Below the pieces are notes generated by a model that saw nothing but the letters and a program-made list of their open reading frames with translations, was not told the DNA's origin and did no database searches. Shown piece by piece: positions 22,830 to 36,814 of a stretch of 64,000 nt of DNA. The first letter of the stretch is position 1. Each line of letters begins with the position of its first letter. The DNA is taken from NCBI GenBank assembly GCA_949282725.1, contig CASDPP010000003.1, forward strand, positions 68,289 to 132,288, written 5' to 3'. A program made the translations under genes and the position numbers. Source of the DNA: an uncultured Mycoplasmataceae bacterium (GTDB lineage Bacteria; Bacillota_I; Bacilli_A; Mycoplasmatales; Mycoplasmoidaceae).

Positions 22830-23763
22830 TATCAAAATATTTCTTTATATATGAATAAGAGAATTTAAATTTAGATAAGTATTCAGTTTGTTTAGTATCT
22901 TGATGTAACTTTTTATTTTGATTGATGTATTTATTCTTTTTTCAATTAGAAATATTATCTTCTACTCATTTTGAAATATTTTCAATATGACGGTTAACTA
23001 ATTTTTTATTATGAATAATTCATAATAATTTTCTAAAAAAAGTAATTAAAACTGATTGAATAATTATAAATTCAAATAATTCATAATCATTTTTAGCTAA
23101 TCAATATTTCTTATTATTTGCTAACAAATAATTTGCTTCTGATATAAAAGAATAAATTCCATATGTGAATGAAACATTTTCTTTCTTTTTAAATAAATCA
23201 TTATTGATATAGCAGACTTTTTTCGCATAATTAACATATTCAAAGATTAACACTAATGGATAATATGTAAAAGGAGTTAACACATTATCAATTTTTTTTA
23301 ATATTTTAGATGAAAAGACAATGTTTTTAATAGTTGGATAAACTAATTGGTAAAGACTGACATCATTCACATCAAAAATTTTTATTTGTTCATTTAATGA
23401 GGTTTTTTTGAACAAAATAAAATCCAGATTATTATTTTTAGTAATTGTAGAATTAATAGTTTCAACAAAATCATTATTTAAGATAATGTTAGAACCTAAA
23501 TAAAAAATATAATCAGTTTTTACAAACTTTAAAGCTGATTTTAAACAATATGAATGGGAAAGAGTTTCATTAAAACTAATCACATGAAACGATTTTATTT
23601 TTTTAAAATCATAATTATTTAATATAGTTGCAACAGCATTACTAGAATTATCATCAACCAGTAAAAAATTAAAATTCATATCACTTTGCTCAAAAATAGC
23701 ATCTAGTGATTGTTTAAGGTATTTAATATTTTTACTAACGTGATATACTAGAGTAAGTTTCAT
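22816..23763 (-). CDS. glycosyltransferase family 2
   Basis: The N-terminal pattern LTLVYHVSKNIKYLKQSLDAIFEQSDMNFNFLLVDDNSSN is a GT-A fold signature with a DD motif. It extends through TGA to 22816, 316 codons. Confidence 0.65.
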
Positions 23764-23765
23764 AA

Positions 23766-24125
23766 TTAATTTTTAACTTTATTATTTTTATTTTCTTTTT
23801 CTTTATCATTATCATCTTCAAATTCTTTTGTAAAAGATTTAAATGATTTTTTGATATTTTTCAATAAATCATCAATATTATTTGGATCGTTAGGATCAAT
23901 ACCAGAATCTTTAAACATTTTGTTAAAAATGTTGTTCATTTGTGTTAAGCTATTAACATGAGTTGTAATTAAATGAGCCACTAGATCTTCAATACTACTA
24001 CCTTTAAAATTAGGACTAGGTCTAGATTTCATTTCATTTAAAATAGTTTCTAATTTTTCAATAATATCAGAATCTAAAGATATTTCAATTTTTACTTTAT
24101 TACCAGTTTTGTCTTTCTTTTCCAT
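23766..24125 (-). CDS. hypothetical acidic protein
   Basis: ORF with start MEKKDKTGNK. I recognise no family. Confidence 0.4.
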   Translation of the reverse strand: MEKKDKTGNKVKIEISLDSDIIEKLETILNEMKSRPSPNFKGSSIEDLVAHLITTHVNSLTQMNNIFNKMFKDSGIDPNDPNNIDDLLKNIKKSFKSFTKEFEDDNDKEKENKNNKVKN

Positions 24126-24274
24126 AAAATTATTTATTATTATAATTATATAAAACAAAACCAAATATTAATTTATTTTATAAATTAATACTCCAAACAA
24201 ATTAATTGAAAACAAAAATAGATATTATTAATATAATTATATTAATCTAATAAATATTATAGTATTTTAGAACA

Positions 24275-25526
<1,252 letters not shown>

Positions 25527-25549
<23 letters not shown>

Positions 25550-26189
25550 AAAAGGATTATTCATTACTTTTGAAGGTCCAGATGGAAGTGGAAAAACAAC
25601 AATCATTAAAGAACTTTATAAAAATCTAAATAAAAGATTTAAAAATAAAGTTGTTTTAACACGAGAGCCGGGTGGAAACAAAAACATTATTGCTGAATCA
25701 ATAAGAAATATTTTATTAAATACAGATTCTAAAATATCTTATCGTGCAGAAGCTTTGTTATTTGCTGCTTCTAGAGCACAACACATTGATGATTTTATTG
25801 TTCCTAGTTTAAAAAAAGAAAAAATAATTTTGTGTGATCGCTTTGTTCATTCATCTTATGTTTATCAAGGTATAGGTAGAAAATTAGGCATTGATAACAT
25901 TAAAAAAATAAATGAATTTGCAATGTCAAATGTAAAACCTGATCTAACTATTTTTTTAATGATTAATCCAATTGATGCTTTAAATAGAATTAAAAAGGAC
26001 AAAAACAGAGAAATTAACCGATTAGATAAAGAAAAAGTAAATTTGCATAAACAAGTTTATCAAGGATATTTAAAATTAATTAAATCTGAAAAAAAAAATA
26101 AAATTTTTGTTGTTGATGCAAATAAATCTGTTGATGAAATAACAGATGAAATTCTTAAATTTTTAAATAAGAAGTTTTTTAATAATTAA
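25527..26189 (+). CDS. tmk: thymidylate kinase
   Basis: The P-loop FITFEGPDGSGKTT and the DRF motif (LCDRFVHSSYVYQG) are present. Confidence 0.9.
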
Positions 26190-26192
26190 TAC

Positions 26193-26993
26193 ATGGACTA
26201 CACAAATTTAATTAAAAATAAAAAAAAACCTCATGCAATTTTATTAGTACAAAACACCATTTCAAATACTAATAAATTTATTGTTGATTACATTAAAAGT
26301 CTTTTTAAAGATGACGGAATTATTTATAAAAAAATTGAAAATAATTCATATGCTGATTTAAAGATTCTAAATGCTTATGAAAAAGAAATTAAAAAAGAAG
26401 AAATATTAAAAATTCAGTCAGATTTTAGTGTAAGTTCAATTGATAAATACAATATACAAATATACATTATTAAAGGTGTAGAAAGTTTATCAACAATTTG
26501 TTCTAATACTTTGTTAAAGTTTTTAGAAGAACCAAAACAAAATGTTTATGCAATTTTTACAACAAAAAATCCAGATAAAGTAATTTCAACAATTAAAAGT
26601 AGATGTCAAACTTATATTATGCAACCTGACCAAATTCAATTTAAAACAATTGTTGAAGAAAATAAATTATCCAAACAAGAAATAGACTTCGCTAAATCAT
26701 TATTCTATGATTTAAAAGAGTTACAAGATAGTTTAAAAACAAATAAATTTAAGGAATTATTTAATCAAATAAATGAGGTTAATCAAATTATAAAAGATGG
26801 AGTAAAAACAAAAGATTACTACAACATATTTAAAAATCTTTCTTATCAAGAAATTGAAACTATTTTAAATGGTTTAATGGTGTTTAATCCAAAAAAAACT
26901 AATGAAATCATTTTACTAATTAACTCATTACAACATAATCCTATAAAATCAATAATATATGCTAAATTAATTACTATTTTAAATACATTATGA
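26193..26993 (+). CDS. holB: DNA polymerase III delta-prime subunit
   Basis: 266-aa ORF directly after tmk, the conserved tmk-holB order. It contains NTLLKFLEEP and TIKSRCQ motifs. Confidence 0.75.
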   Translation: MDYTNLIKNKKKPHAILLVQNTISNTNKFIVDYIKSLFKDDGIIYKKIENNSYADLKILNAYEKEIKKEEILKIQSDFSVSSIDKYNIQIYIIKGVESLSTICSNTLLKFLEEPKQNVYAIFTTKNPDKVISTIKSRCQTYIMQPDQIQFKTIVEENKLSKQEIDFAKSLFYDLKELQDSLKTNKFKELFNQINEVNQIIKDGVKTKDYYNIFKNLSYQEIETILNGLMVFNPKKTNEIILLINSLQHNPIKSIIYAKLITILNTL

Positions 26994-28315
26994 AACCAAT
27001 AGTTGCTCTTTCTACACCACGAATGAATAATCCAATACACATCATTAGAATTTCAGGTGATGATATTTATTCAATTTTACAAAAAATATGTTTAGAAAAA
27101 ATAACCAAAAAAGGTTACACAATTCAAAAAGTAACTATCATTGATAATGGAAATAAAATAGATGAAGTTTTATTAAATAAATTTGTTGCTCCTAAGTCTT
27201 ACACGGGAGAAGATTTAATTGAAATTAATTCACATGGAAGTGTATATATTGCTGATAAAATAATAAACTTGTTAATCAAAAATGGTTGTCGCCAAGCATT
27301 AAGAGGAGAGTTTTCTCAAAGAGCATTTCTAAATAAAAAAATGTCATTAGCTCAATCTAAGGCAGTACATAATTTAGTTAATTCTTATGATAAATATTCT
27401 CACAAGCATGCAATTAGTGGTTTAGATAATAAGACACAAAAGATTTTATTATCTATTCTAGATAAATTAAAAGAAAACATTGGTCAAGTAGAAGTTAACA
27501 TTGATTATCCAGAATATGAGCAAACTCCAGATGTATCACATGAAAAAATAATTCAAAATTTTAGAGAAATAATAGAACAAATCAAAATAATTACTAGCTC
27601 ATCTAAAATTATGTTATCAAATAGTAAAGGAATTAATATTGCTATTGTCGGTGAACCTAATGCAGGAAAATCTTCGTTGTTAAATTTGTTAAGTAATGAA
27701 CAAAAAGCAATTGTTTCTAATATCCCAGGAACAACAAGAGATTATATCGAAAATAAAATTTTAATAGATGACATTTTATTTAATTTTATTGATACCGCAG
27801 GAATAAGAAAATCATCTAATGTTATTGAGAAAAAAGGAATAGCTCAAACAAAAAAAATAATAAATAAAGCAACATATGTTATTTACTTATTAGATGGTAG
27901 CAAACCATTATCTAAAAACCATAAAAAATATATTGCTTTAATTCCTAAACAAAAATTAATATTAGTTAATAATAAATCAGATCTAGCTAATAAAAACAAA
28001 CTTAAATTAGTTATACCTATCAGTGTTAAAAAGAAAAACATTAAACCACTAATTGATAAATTAATATCTTTAATTGAAATTTCACCTGAAGTATTAAATA
28101 GTTCTTATGTTCAAGATAATGAAGATATTGTTAAATTAGAAAAAGTATTAAAATTAACTAAACAAGCATACACATTATATAATGATCAAAAATTAAATGA
28201 GCTTATTTATGATAAATTGTTTGAAGCTATTGAAACGCTTAATGAAGTATTAGGAAACTCAGAAAAATTAGATTTTGTAAACTTATTATTTTCTAAATTT
28301 TGTGTAGGTAAATAA
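26990..28315 (+). CDS. mnmE: tRNA modification GTPase MnmE
   Basis: The G domain has IVGEPNAGKSSLLN and DTAGIR. The C-terminal FCVGK is the MnmE signature. Confidence 0.9.
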   Translation: MKPIVALSTPRMNNPIHIIRISGDDIYSILQKICLEKITKKGYTIQKVTIIDNGNKIDEVLLNKFVAPKSYTGEDLIEINSHGSVYIADKIINLLIKNGCRQALRGEFSQRAFLNKKMSLAQSKAVHNLVNSYDKYSHKHAISGLDNKTQKILLSILDKLKENIGQVEVNIDYPEYEQTPDVSHEKIIQNFREIIEQIKIITSSSKIMLSNSKGINIAIVGEPNAGKSSLLNLLSNEQKAIVSNIPGTTRDYIENKILIDDILFNFIDTAGIRKSSNVIEKKGIAQTKKIINKATYVIYLLDGSKPLSKNHKKYIALIPKQKLILVNNKSDLANKNKLKLVIPISVKKKNIKPLIDKLISLIEISPEVLNSSYVQDNEDIVKLEKVLKLTKQAYTLYNDQKLNELIYDKLFEAIETLNEVLGNSEKLDFVNLLFSKFCVGK

Positions 28316-28316
28316 A

Positions 28317-29099
28317 ATGAAATTATTTGATACTCATGCTCATTTAAACATTAAACCATTAGAACAAGATATTGATTCAATACACCAACAATGTATTGAG
28401 CAAAACATTTATGTTAATATTGTTGGAATTGATTTAGAAAGTTCTATTAAAGCAATAGAACAAGCTAACAAATATAAAAATTTTTATGCAATAATCGGAA
28501 TCCATCCTTCTGACATTAATGAAAAAACTTTCGAAGATGAATTTAATAAAATTATAGAACTATCAAAACAAAATAAAGTAGTAGGGATTGGGGAAACAGG
28601 ATTAGATTATTATCATGATAAAGGACAAAATAAAAACAATCAAATTAAATGTTTCATTAAATTTATTGAATTATCTAAAAATTTAGATAAAACATTAGTT
28701 GTTCATGTTAGAGATGCTCACGAAGACGCAATCGAAATTCTTAAAAAATACAAAGATAAAAATCAAAGAGTAATTATTCATTGTTTTAGTGGAGAGAAAA
28801 AACATTTAGATGAATATTTAAAATTAGGTTGTTATATTTCAATTTCAGGTATTGTAACATTTAAAAATGCTAAACAATTCCAATCATTAATAAACGAAAT
28901 TGACGAATCAAAATTAATTATTGAAACAGATTCTCCATTTTTATCACCTGAACCATTTAGAGGTAAAAGAAATAGTCCATTAAATATTCAATATGTTTTT
29001 AATAAAGTAGCAGAATTAAAACAAAATGACAAGAAAGAACTAGCAGATCGAATATTTGAAAATACTAAAAAGGCATTTAATATACCTAATATTATTTAG
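28317..29099 (+). CDS. tatD: TatD-family metal-dependent hydrolase/DNase
   Basis: [30 protein letters not shown] and ETDSPFLSP are all present. Confidence 0.85.
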   Translation: MKLFDTHAHLNIKPLEQDIDSIHQQCIEQNIYVNIVGIDLESSIKAIEQANKYKNFYAIIGIHPSDINEKTFEDEFNKIIELSKQNKVVGIGETGLDYYHDKGQNKNNQIKCFIKFIELSKNLDKTLVVHVRDAHEDAIEILKKYKDKNQRVIIHCFSGEKKHLDEYLKLGCYISISGIVTFKNAKQFQSLINEIDESKLIIETDSPFLSPEPFRGKRNSPLNIQYVFNKVAELKQNDKKELADRIFENTKKAFNIPNII

Positions 29100-31089
29100 A
29101 AGATTGATTAGTTAATTCAATAATCATATCTCTTAAATGTGCTGCACGTTCATATTCTTGATTCTTAGCAGCTTGTAACATTTCTTTACGTAACACAGCA
29201 ATAGCTTTTATTGAGTTTTTCTGATTCATTTTATTTTGCCCTTTAAAATAACTCTCAATAACTTTTGCATCTTCTTTTGATGAAATATCATCAAAAATAG
29301 GTTTCTTAATAGTTTTAGGAATAATATGATTTTTCTTATTGTATTTAATTTGTAATTCTCTACGACGCTTAGTTTCTTTTATGGCATAATCCATAGATTC
29401 ACTAATAGTATCAGCATACATTAAAACTTTTCCATTTTCATTTCTTGCTACACGACCAAACATTTGAATAAGAGATTTTTCATTTCTAAATAGTCCTGGT
29501 TTATCAGCATCAAAGATAACCATTAATGATACTTCAGGAACATCTAAACCTTCTCTTAATAAATTAATACCAACAATAATATCATGTTTACCTCTTCTTA
29601 AATCATTAATGATCTTAGTTCGTTCTAATGTTTTTAATTCATTATGTAAATACGCAACTTTAAATTTTTGATTTTTTAAATATTCTGTTAAACTTTCAGC
29701 CATTTTAATTGTTAAAACTGAAATAAATGTTTTTGATTTTTTATCAACTTGTTCTTTTAGTGTTTTAACTAAATCATCAATTTGATATTTGGTAGGACGA
29801 ACTTCAATAGTTGGATCTAATAATCCTGTTGGTCTAACGATTTGTTCGATAACAACACCATGAGATTTTTTAATTTCATAATCATTTGGTGTAGCTGAAA
29901 CATAAATTATTTTATTTATTTTAGAATTAAATTCTTCAAAATTCAATGGACGATTATCTAATGCTGAAGGTAATCTAAAACCATATTTTACTAAAGTTTC
30001 TTTTCTTGAACGATCGCCATTATACATTCCCCTAATTTGTGGGACGGTCATATGAGATTCATCAACAACTAATAATCAATCATCACCGAAATAATCAAAA
30101 AGTGTGTAAGGAGTTTGTCCTTCTGATCTTAATTCTAAGTGTCTTGAATAGTTTTCTATACCAGAACAATAACCTAGTTCTTTTAGTGACTCAATATCAT
30201 GAGTGGTTCTTTCATGAATTCTTTGTTTTTCAACTAATTTATTGTTTTTTGCAAAATATTTTTCTCTTTCAATTAGCTCACTTTTAATTCTTTCAATAGA
30301 CTCATCTAATCGATCTGAATCCATGATATATTCATTAGCTGGGACAATTACAAACGTTTTATAACGTTCAATTAATTTTCCTGTTACAGTGTCTGTGGTA
30401 GCAATTTCTTCAATTGTATTACCAAAAAATGAAATTCTTAAATAATATTCTTCTGTATGTCCAGGAGCAATTTCAAAAGTATCTCCTTTTTGTCTAAATG
30501 TACCAGGATGCAGATCAATATCGTTTCTTTGATATTGTAATCTAATTAAATCATATTGTAATTGTTTAATTGTTCTTGTTTGATTTTGTGATAAAACAAT
30601 ACGAAACTTTTCAAAATCATTTGGAGCAACGGAAGCATAAATAGCAGCCACTGAAGCAATAACAATTGTTTTTTCTTTTGATGCCAATGAGTTAATTGTT
30701 GAAAGTCTTAATAATTCAATTTCTTCATTTTGCTTAGCAGATTTTTCAATATATGTATCAGAACGGGGAATATATGCTTCTGGTTGATAAAAATCAAAAT
30801 ATGAAACAAAATATTCAACATTATTATTTTTAAATAACTCTTTAAATTCAGAATACAATTGAGCAGCTAAAGTTTTATTATGAACAATAATCAATGCATT
30901 TTTTTGAATGTTATTAATTACATTAGCAATAGTAAAAGTTTTACCAGTACCTGTTGCTCCTAAAAGAACTTGTGATTTTATACCTTTTTTTATATTGTCA
31001 GTAAGCGATTTAATAGCATTAGGTTGGTCACCTTTTGGTTTTAATTCAGTTGTTAAAACAAAACTATTTGCTAATTTTTTTTGTGACAT
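29092..31089 (-). CDS. uvrB: excinuclease ABC subunit B
   Basis: Two fragments are joined by TGA in one frame, 666 codons. Seen are [15 protein letters not shown], the helicase motifs and the C-terminal UVR domain ([15 protein letters not shown]). Confidence 0.95.
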
Positions 31090-33709
31090 TCTTTACCTTT
31101 TTTGGTTTTTTAGTTGTTTTTATTTGTGTTGATTGTTTTTCTTTCTTTTTTGCAGCTACTTGTTTTAAAAGTTTTTCTTTAGCGCTTAGTATTTCTTTTT
31201 TAGGTGCGTCTTTAGGTGAATGAGGTTTTAAATTAACTTTTAAATTTGGTTTTTCTTTTGTTATAGTGTTAATATTATCAATGTTTGAATCAACAGCTTT
31301 TTGTGTAATTGCTGAAAGAGTTAAATTATATTTATTTAAAATATTTCTTAATGCTAATCTTAAATTGTCATTGGATCTTGGTAAGAAAATTTTATGTAAT
31401 GATAATATTACTTGATGAGCAATATTTTTTCTCATTTCATTAAAGTTTCAGTCAGCTTCTTCAACATAAATATTTAATGGTGATCTTTGTTCTAATGAAC
31501 GAAGTCATGCACCTTCTCTAATTTTAGATATTTTATCTAAGTGGGCTGTTCATTGAACGTCTAGTGATTGAATAAAGATATCTTTTAAAATTTTTAGTGA
31601 ACCTTGTTTTTGTAATATTTCAATTCTGTTTGTTACGCTGACAGTTAAAATATCAGTTAAGATTTTAATTGCATCATCAGTTGTTTTATTTACAAATCAA
31701 TCATTTGTTAGAATAACTTCTTTAAAGAAATTGTTATTAACAACAGCAGTTAATCTAGGACCATCTATATAAAGTTCATTATTAGGTAACTTAAATAAAT
31801 TAACTATATCTTTAGCAACAGGTTGACATAATTTAATTAAAGATTCAGATATATCATCGTGTTTTAAAATATAATTTCTTTGAGCATAAACTAATTCTCT
31901 TTGATTGCTTAAAACACTATCATAATCAATTAAATTTTTTCTCGTATCAAAGTTCATTCCTTCAATTTTCTTTTGTGTAGAATTTAATAATTTAGTGAAG
32001 AAGTATGAGTCAAAATAATCATTATCAACAATTTTAGATTCAGCTTTATCAAATTTATCAGTTGCAAATCTTCTAAACAATGTATCTTCAAGAGAAATAA
32101 AAAATCTTGTAATTCCAGGATCACCCTGTCTTCCTGAACGCCCTCTTAATTGGTTATCAATTCTACGAGATTCATTTCTTTCGGTACCAATAACATATAA
32201 TCCACCAAGTTCTTTTACACCAGGACCAAGTTTAATATCGGTTCCCCTACCAGCCATATTAGTAGAAATAGTAATTGCTCCCTTTTGTCCTGCATTTTTT
32301 ACTATTTCTGCTTCTCGCATATCATTTTTAGCATTTAATAATTCAAAGTTTAATCCTTTATTTTTTAACATGCTACAAAGTTGTTCACTATCTTCTACTG
32401 AAGCAGTACCTACTAGAATTGGTTGACCTGTTTTATGAACTCTTTCTATTTCATCTACAACATGGACTCATTTACTAATTTTATTAGCAAACACATAGTC
32501 ATTCATGTCTTTTCTAATATTAGGTTTGTTTGTTGGAATAGGAACAACAACCATGTTATAAATTTTAATAAATTCTTCTTCTTCTGTTAGAGCAGTTCCA
32601 GAAACTCCTGATAATTTTGAATACATTCTAAAAAATGATTGGTAAGTAATAGTGGCAACGGTAACATTTTCAGGTTCAATTTTTACCATTTCTTTAGCTT
32701 GAATTGCTTGTTGCAAACCGGCGTTATAACTTCTTCCGTGTAAGATTCTTCCTGTAAATTGGTCTACTAATAAGATTTCATTATTTTTAACAACATATTC
32801 AACACCTTCTTTAAAAACAAAATTAGCAGTTAAAGAGTTTTTAATTTTGTGTAATAGTTCACTATTAGCAAAAGAAAAAATATTTTTTATTTTGAAGTAG
32901 TTTTGTGTTTTAATAACACCTTCATCCGTCAAGGAAATAGCATTGCTTTCAGGATCTATTTTATAGTCATTTTTACCTAACGTTTTTACAAAAGTATCAA
33001 CCGCAACATAACTTGAAATATCTTGTTTAGGTTGTCCTGAAATAATTAATGGAGTTCGTGCTTCATCAATTAAAACCGAGTCTGCTTCATCCACGATTGC
33101 AAAATTTAGTTCACGAATTACTTTTTCTTCATAATTACGAACCATATTATCTCTTAGATAATCAAAACCTAATTCTGAATTTGTTGTATATGTAATGTCA
33201 TATCCATACATTTCTTTTTTTTGTTTTTGATCAAAAGAAGATAAGTTATATCCAACAGTAATACCTAGTGGGTTTAAACATTCTGCACAAAATTTTGCAT
33301 CTCTTTGCACTAAATATTCATTAACTGTAACAACATGAACACCCTTTTTAGATAAAGCATTTAAATAAGCAACAATAACAATCGTTAATGTTTTACCCTC
33401 TCCGGTATACATTTCAGCAAAGTCACCCCAATGAACAACAATAGCACCTATTAATTGCACTTTGAATGCAAACATTCCAGTAACACGATAAATAGTTTCT
33501 CTTGCTGTAGCAAAAGCTTCGGGTAAGATATCATCTAATGTTTCACCTTTCTTAAGACGTTGTAAAAAAACATCAGTCATTCCAGAAAGATCATCATCAG
33601 ATAGTTTTGCAAAACGATCTTTTAATGAATCAATTTTATCAGCAAGAAGTTTTGCTTTTTTTAATATTCTAGTTCTTGGAGCAAAAATTGAACCTTTTTT
33701 TGATACCAT
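31064..33709 (-). CDS. secA: preprotein translocase ATPase SecA
   Basis: Fragments 32468.., 31697.. and 31064.. are in one frame, 882 codons. The true start is MVSKKGSIFAPRTRILKKAK at 33709. Motifs seen: EMYTGEGKTLT, DEADSVLIDEARTPLIISG, TNMAGRGTDIKLG. Confidence 0.95.
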
Positions 33710-33766
33710 ATTATCAAATAATAATATATTATTATAATATAATAATTGATATATTATTAAAGATAT

Positions 33767-34939
33767 ATGAACAAAGCAACGCAAAAGAATATTGAAAATT
33801 CTGTTGGCAATAATAATAGTGAAAAAAACGAAATATTTTCTAAAAAGAAATTAATTTTATTAATTTCATCATTATTTGTTTCTATTGGATTAGTAGTTGT
33901 AACTTTTTTATGCATTTTAAAAGTTCCATTAGATCAATTTTTTAGTGATTTAGCAAATGGTATTCAAGCAAAAACATGAATCTTTATATTATTAATTCTC
34001 ATGTTATGTCTTAAAGCTTTCCTGATTGCACCCTCACACATAATAAGAATTCATGCATTAGGAATTAAAGTTAATAAATTAGATGCTTTTTTATATTCAT
34101 TATCTTATTTATTTTTAACTTTAATTAGTCCAGCAAACTTGCTAACAGATCCATTTACTTTATTTTGATTAAAAACATGTAAGTTAACAAATAAACAAGT
34201 TTATTCAATATTAACAACAAACGCTTTCATTTGACAAGTTGTTCAAATTGTTATTACCTTACCATCATATATTTATTTTTGTAGTCAATATCCTTTATTC
34301 ACAACAGAAACAGAAAATATTATTATTTTCTGAATGATTACTATAGGGATGCTTATTGACATTGGTATTTTTGCTTTCTTTAGCATTTTAATTTTTTCTA
34401 AAAAAATAACTTACTATTTGTCAATTTCATTTAATTATGTTAAAAAAACATTTAAATTAAAATATCATACAAAAGAAGAAACAAAGAAAAAATATTTAAT
34501 TCGTGGAGAATCAGTTGTTTTATCAATTAATATGTTGAAAGATTACAAAAACTCTATTTTAATTTTTGTGTGTTATATCTTCGTTGAATTAATTACATAC
34601 TTTAACTTTATTGCTTCTATTAATTTACTATTACCTTTAGGTTCATCAACAGATTTTATTCAAACATTTAATGTTATTAATGTGGCAGCTACAGCTAACA
34701 AATTTATTCCTATTCCAGGTAATTTAGGAAGTACAGAATATACATTTAGTAAATTAATTCAATTATTTGTAAAAGTAGATGGTGTTAATGTCGATGAAAA
34801 TACAGCAAACTCTGCAATTTTATTATGAAGATGAGTAAACTTATATGTTCCAGCAATTTTAGGAATCCCAACATTTATTTATTATGTAATTAAATCTACA
34901 TACCGTGTTTCTACAAATAAAGAAAAATTTAGAAACTAA
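33767..34939 (+). CDS. flippase-like / LPG_synthase_TM-type multi-pass membrane protein
   Basis: Fragments 33767.. and 34334.. are in one frame across TGA codons, 391 codons. There are about 8 hydrophobic helices and a C-terminal PIPGNLGSTE-type motif seen in UPF0104 proteins. Confidence 0.45.
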
Positions 34940-34941
34940 TT

Positions 34942-35778
34942 ATGTTTGAATCTTTAAAAATTAAAATTAAAATTGGTGATATTCCAATTATTTGATGTGG
35001 ACAAAATAAAAATCCTAACAAGATATTTTTTATTTTAAATGTTGCTAATGCACCAAAAGAAATTGTTAAGATGTATGATTTAAAAAATATCAATACAGAA
35101 AACAATTTACTTGTTTCATTAGATTGACCAGGAATAGGCGAAAACCCATTACAACCATCAAAAAAAATAAGATACTATTTGGATTATATTAATCAAATAA
35201 TTAATTATTTTAAAGATAAATACCCAAATAGTAAATTTAATTTAATTGGAGAATCTTTTGGAGCAGACATAGCTATTTTATATGCAAAAAAATATCCTAA
35301 ATCAATTGATACTTTAATAGCAAGCAACCCCCCTTTTGGATTAAAAAATCCAAAAAAAAGCGAGGAAAGTGATTCAACATTTTATATGTTTTGAACTCAT
35401 CTTTTTACTTTATTATTTAATAAAGAATATAAAACTACACCAGCTGGTTTTGAACAATTAACTAATAATGAATTACTTAAAAGAATGTTTTTAATATCTA
35501 GAAAAAAAACACAATCTTCTAGATTGCATGTTGCCGCTTGAAAGGCAATGATGTTAGCTAAGAAGGCAACAATTAAAAGATTTAAAAACGATTTAAAACC
35601 TAATTCATATTTCTTTTTTGCAAAAAATGAATTTTATTGTAAAAAAAACCAACCAATAGTAAAAAAGATTAAGCAATGTAAAACAACAAAAAACAAAATA
35701 TTTGAATTTAATAGCTCAGAACATTTTTTGTTTTTTGATCCACAAATAGCAAAACAAATTTGAGAAAAAATATTGTAA
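34942..35778 (+). CDS. alpha/beta hydrolase (lipase/esterase GXSXG)
   Basis: The nucleophile elbow is LIGESFGADIAILYA. Three in-frame segments are joined by TGA. An in-frame C6 tract lies at 35328..35333. Confidence 0.6.
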
Positions 35779-35779
35779 T

Positions 35780-36814
35780 ATGTCAATAAAGTTATCTATT
35801 TTAATAGCAACATACAATGTTGAAAATTATATTGAAAAAGCTATCGATAGTGTATTAATGCAAGAATACGATAATTTTGAAATTATCATTGTTGATGATG
35901 CTTCAACAGACTACACCTATAAAATTCTTAAAGAATATGCAAGAAAATACAAAAATATTTTTGTGTACAAAAATAAAAGTAATAAAGGTATCGGATGAAA
36001 TAGAAATTTTTTAATATCAAAAGTCAAAGGAGAATATTTTTTATTTTTAGATTCAGATGATTTTTTTAGTAAAAATTTATTTAAAAAATGCGTTCCAATT
36101 ATAGAAGAAAAAAAGAAGGACATGTATGTTTTTAAAACAAGAATTGTTATGCAAAAACTGCATAACGTAAAATTTATCTTTTTTCCAACAAGTACTAATG
36201 TTGAATGTTTTTCTGGACTAGATTATGTGAGAAAAAACATTCCTCTTCCTTGAGGTTCTTTTATAAAGACAGAATTTTTTAGAAATTTAAAATTATCTTT
36301 TTACAACCGATACGCAAAAAACTATGAAGATATAGGTATGATGTTAATTGTTTATTTATCAGCAAAAACATTTCATCAAATTAATTTCTATGGTTACAAC
36401 TATTTAAGAAGACCAAAATCAATTTCACAAATTAATAATTTAAGATCTAAAAAAACTTTAAATGATTTAGTAAAACAAGTAGATTATTGTTTAAATGAAT
36501 CTAAGAAAAGAGGTTTTTTAAATCAAAAAGATTATCGAGAAACTATTGCTTCATATCTATATATGCCATATGGATTTTTGTCTTTTGTTAAGATGATGGG
36601 AATAGATCGAAAACAAAAAAAAGAAAACAAATTATTTCTAATGAAAAAGAAACAAGAGTTCTTTTATTTAGTATTTCATAAATATAAATTTGATACAATC
36701 AACGTTCAGTCTTCTTGATGAAAAAAAATAATTTATTTATTTAGATTTAAAATTTTTGATTGAAGAAAATTAAAATATATAGTTAAAAATAAATTAAACA
36801 AAGAAAAGATTTAA
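35780..36814 (+). CDS. glycosyltransferase family 2
   Basis: LSILIATYNVENYIEKAIDSVLMQEYDNFEIIIVDDASTD followed by FLDSDD is the GT2 signature. It extends through TGA codons to TAA at 36812. Confidence 0.8.

Noticed and set aside
24126-24274. A possible T-box leader upstream of serS.
   Set aside because: The 149-nt spacer is almost pure A/T with no specifier stem, no T-box sequence (AANNNGGGTGGTACCGCG-like) and no terminator/antiterminator pair.
33710-33784. The ORF-track N-terminal extension of secA (MRCFVHISLIIYQLLYYNNILLFDN).
   Set aside because: It is not SecA-like. The conserved SecA N-terminus begins at the internal ATG 33709 (MVSKKGSIFAPRTRILKKAK). The same logic applies to pcrA (start 22117, not 22153) and to the 23766..24164 ORF (start 24125).
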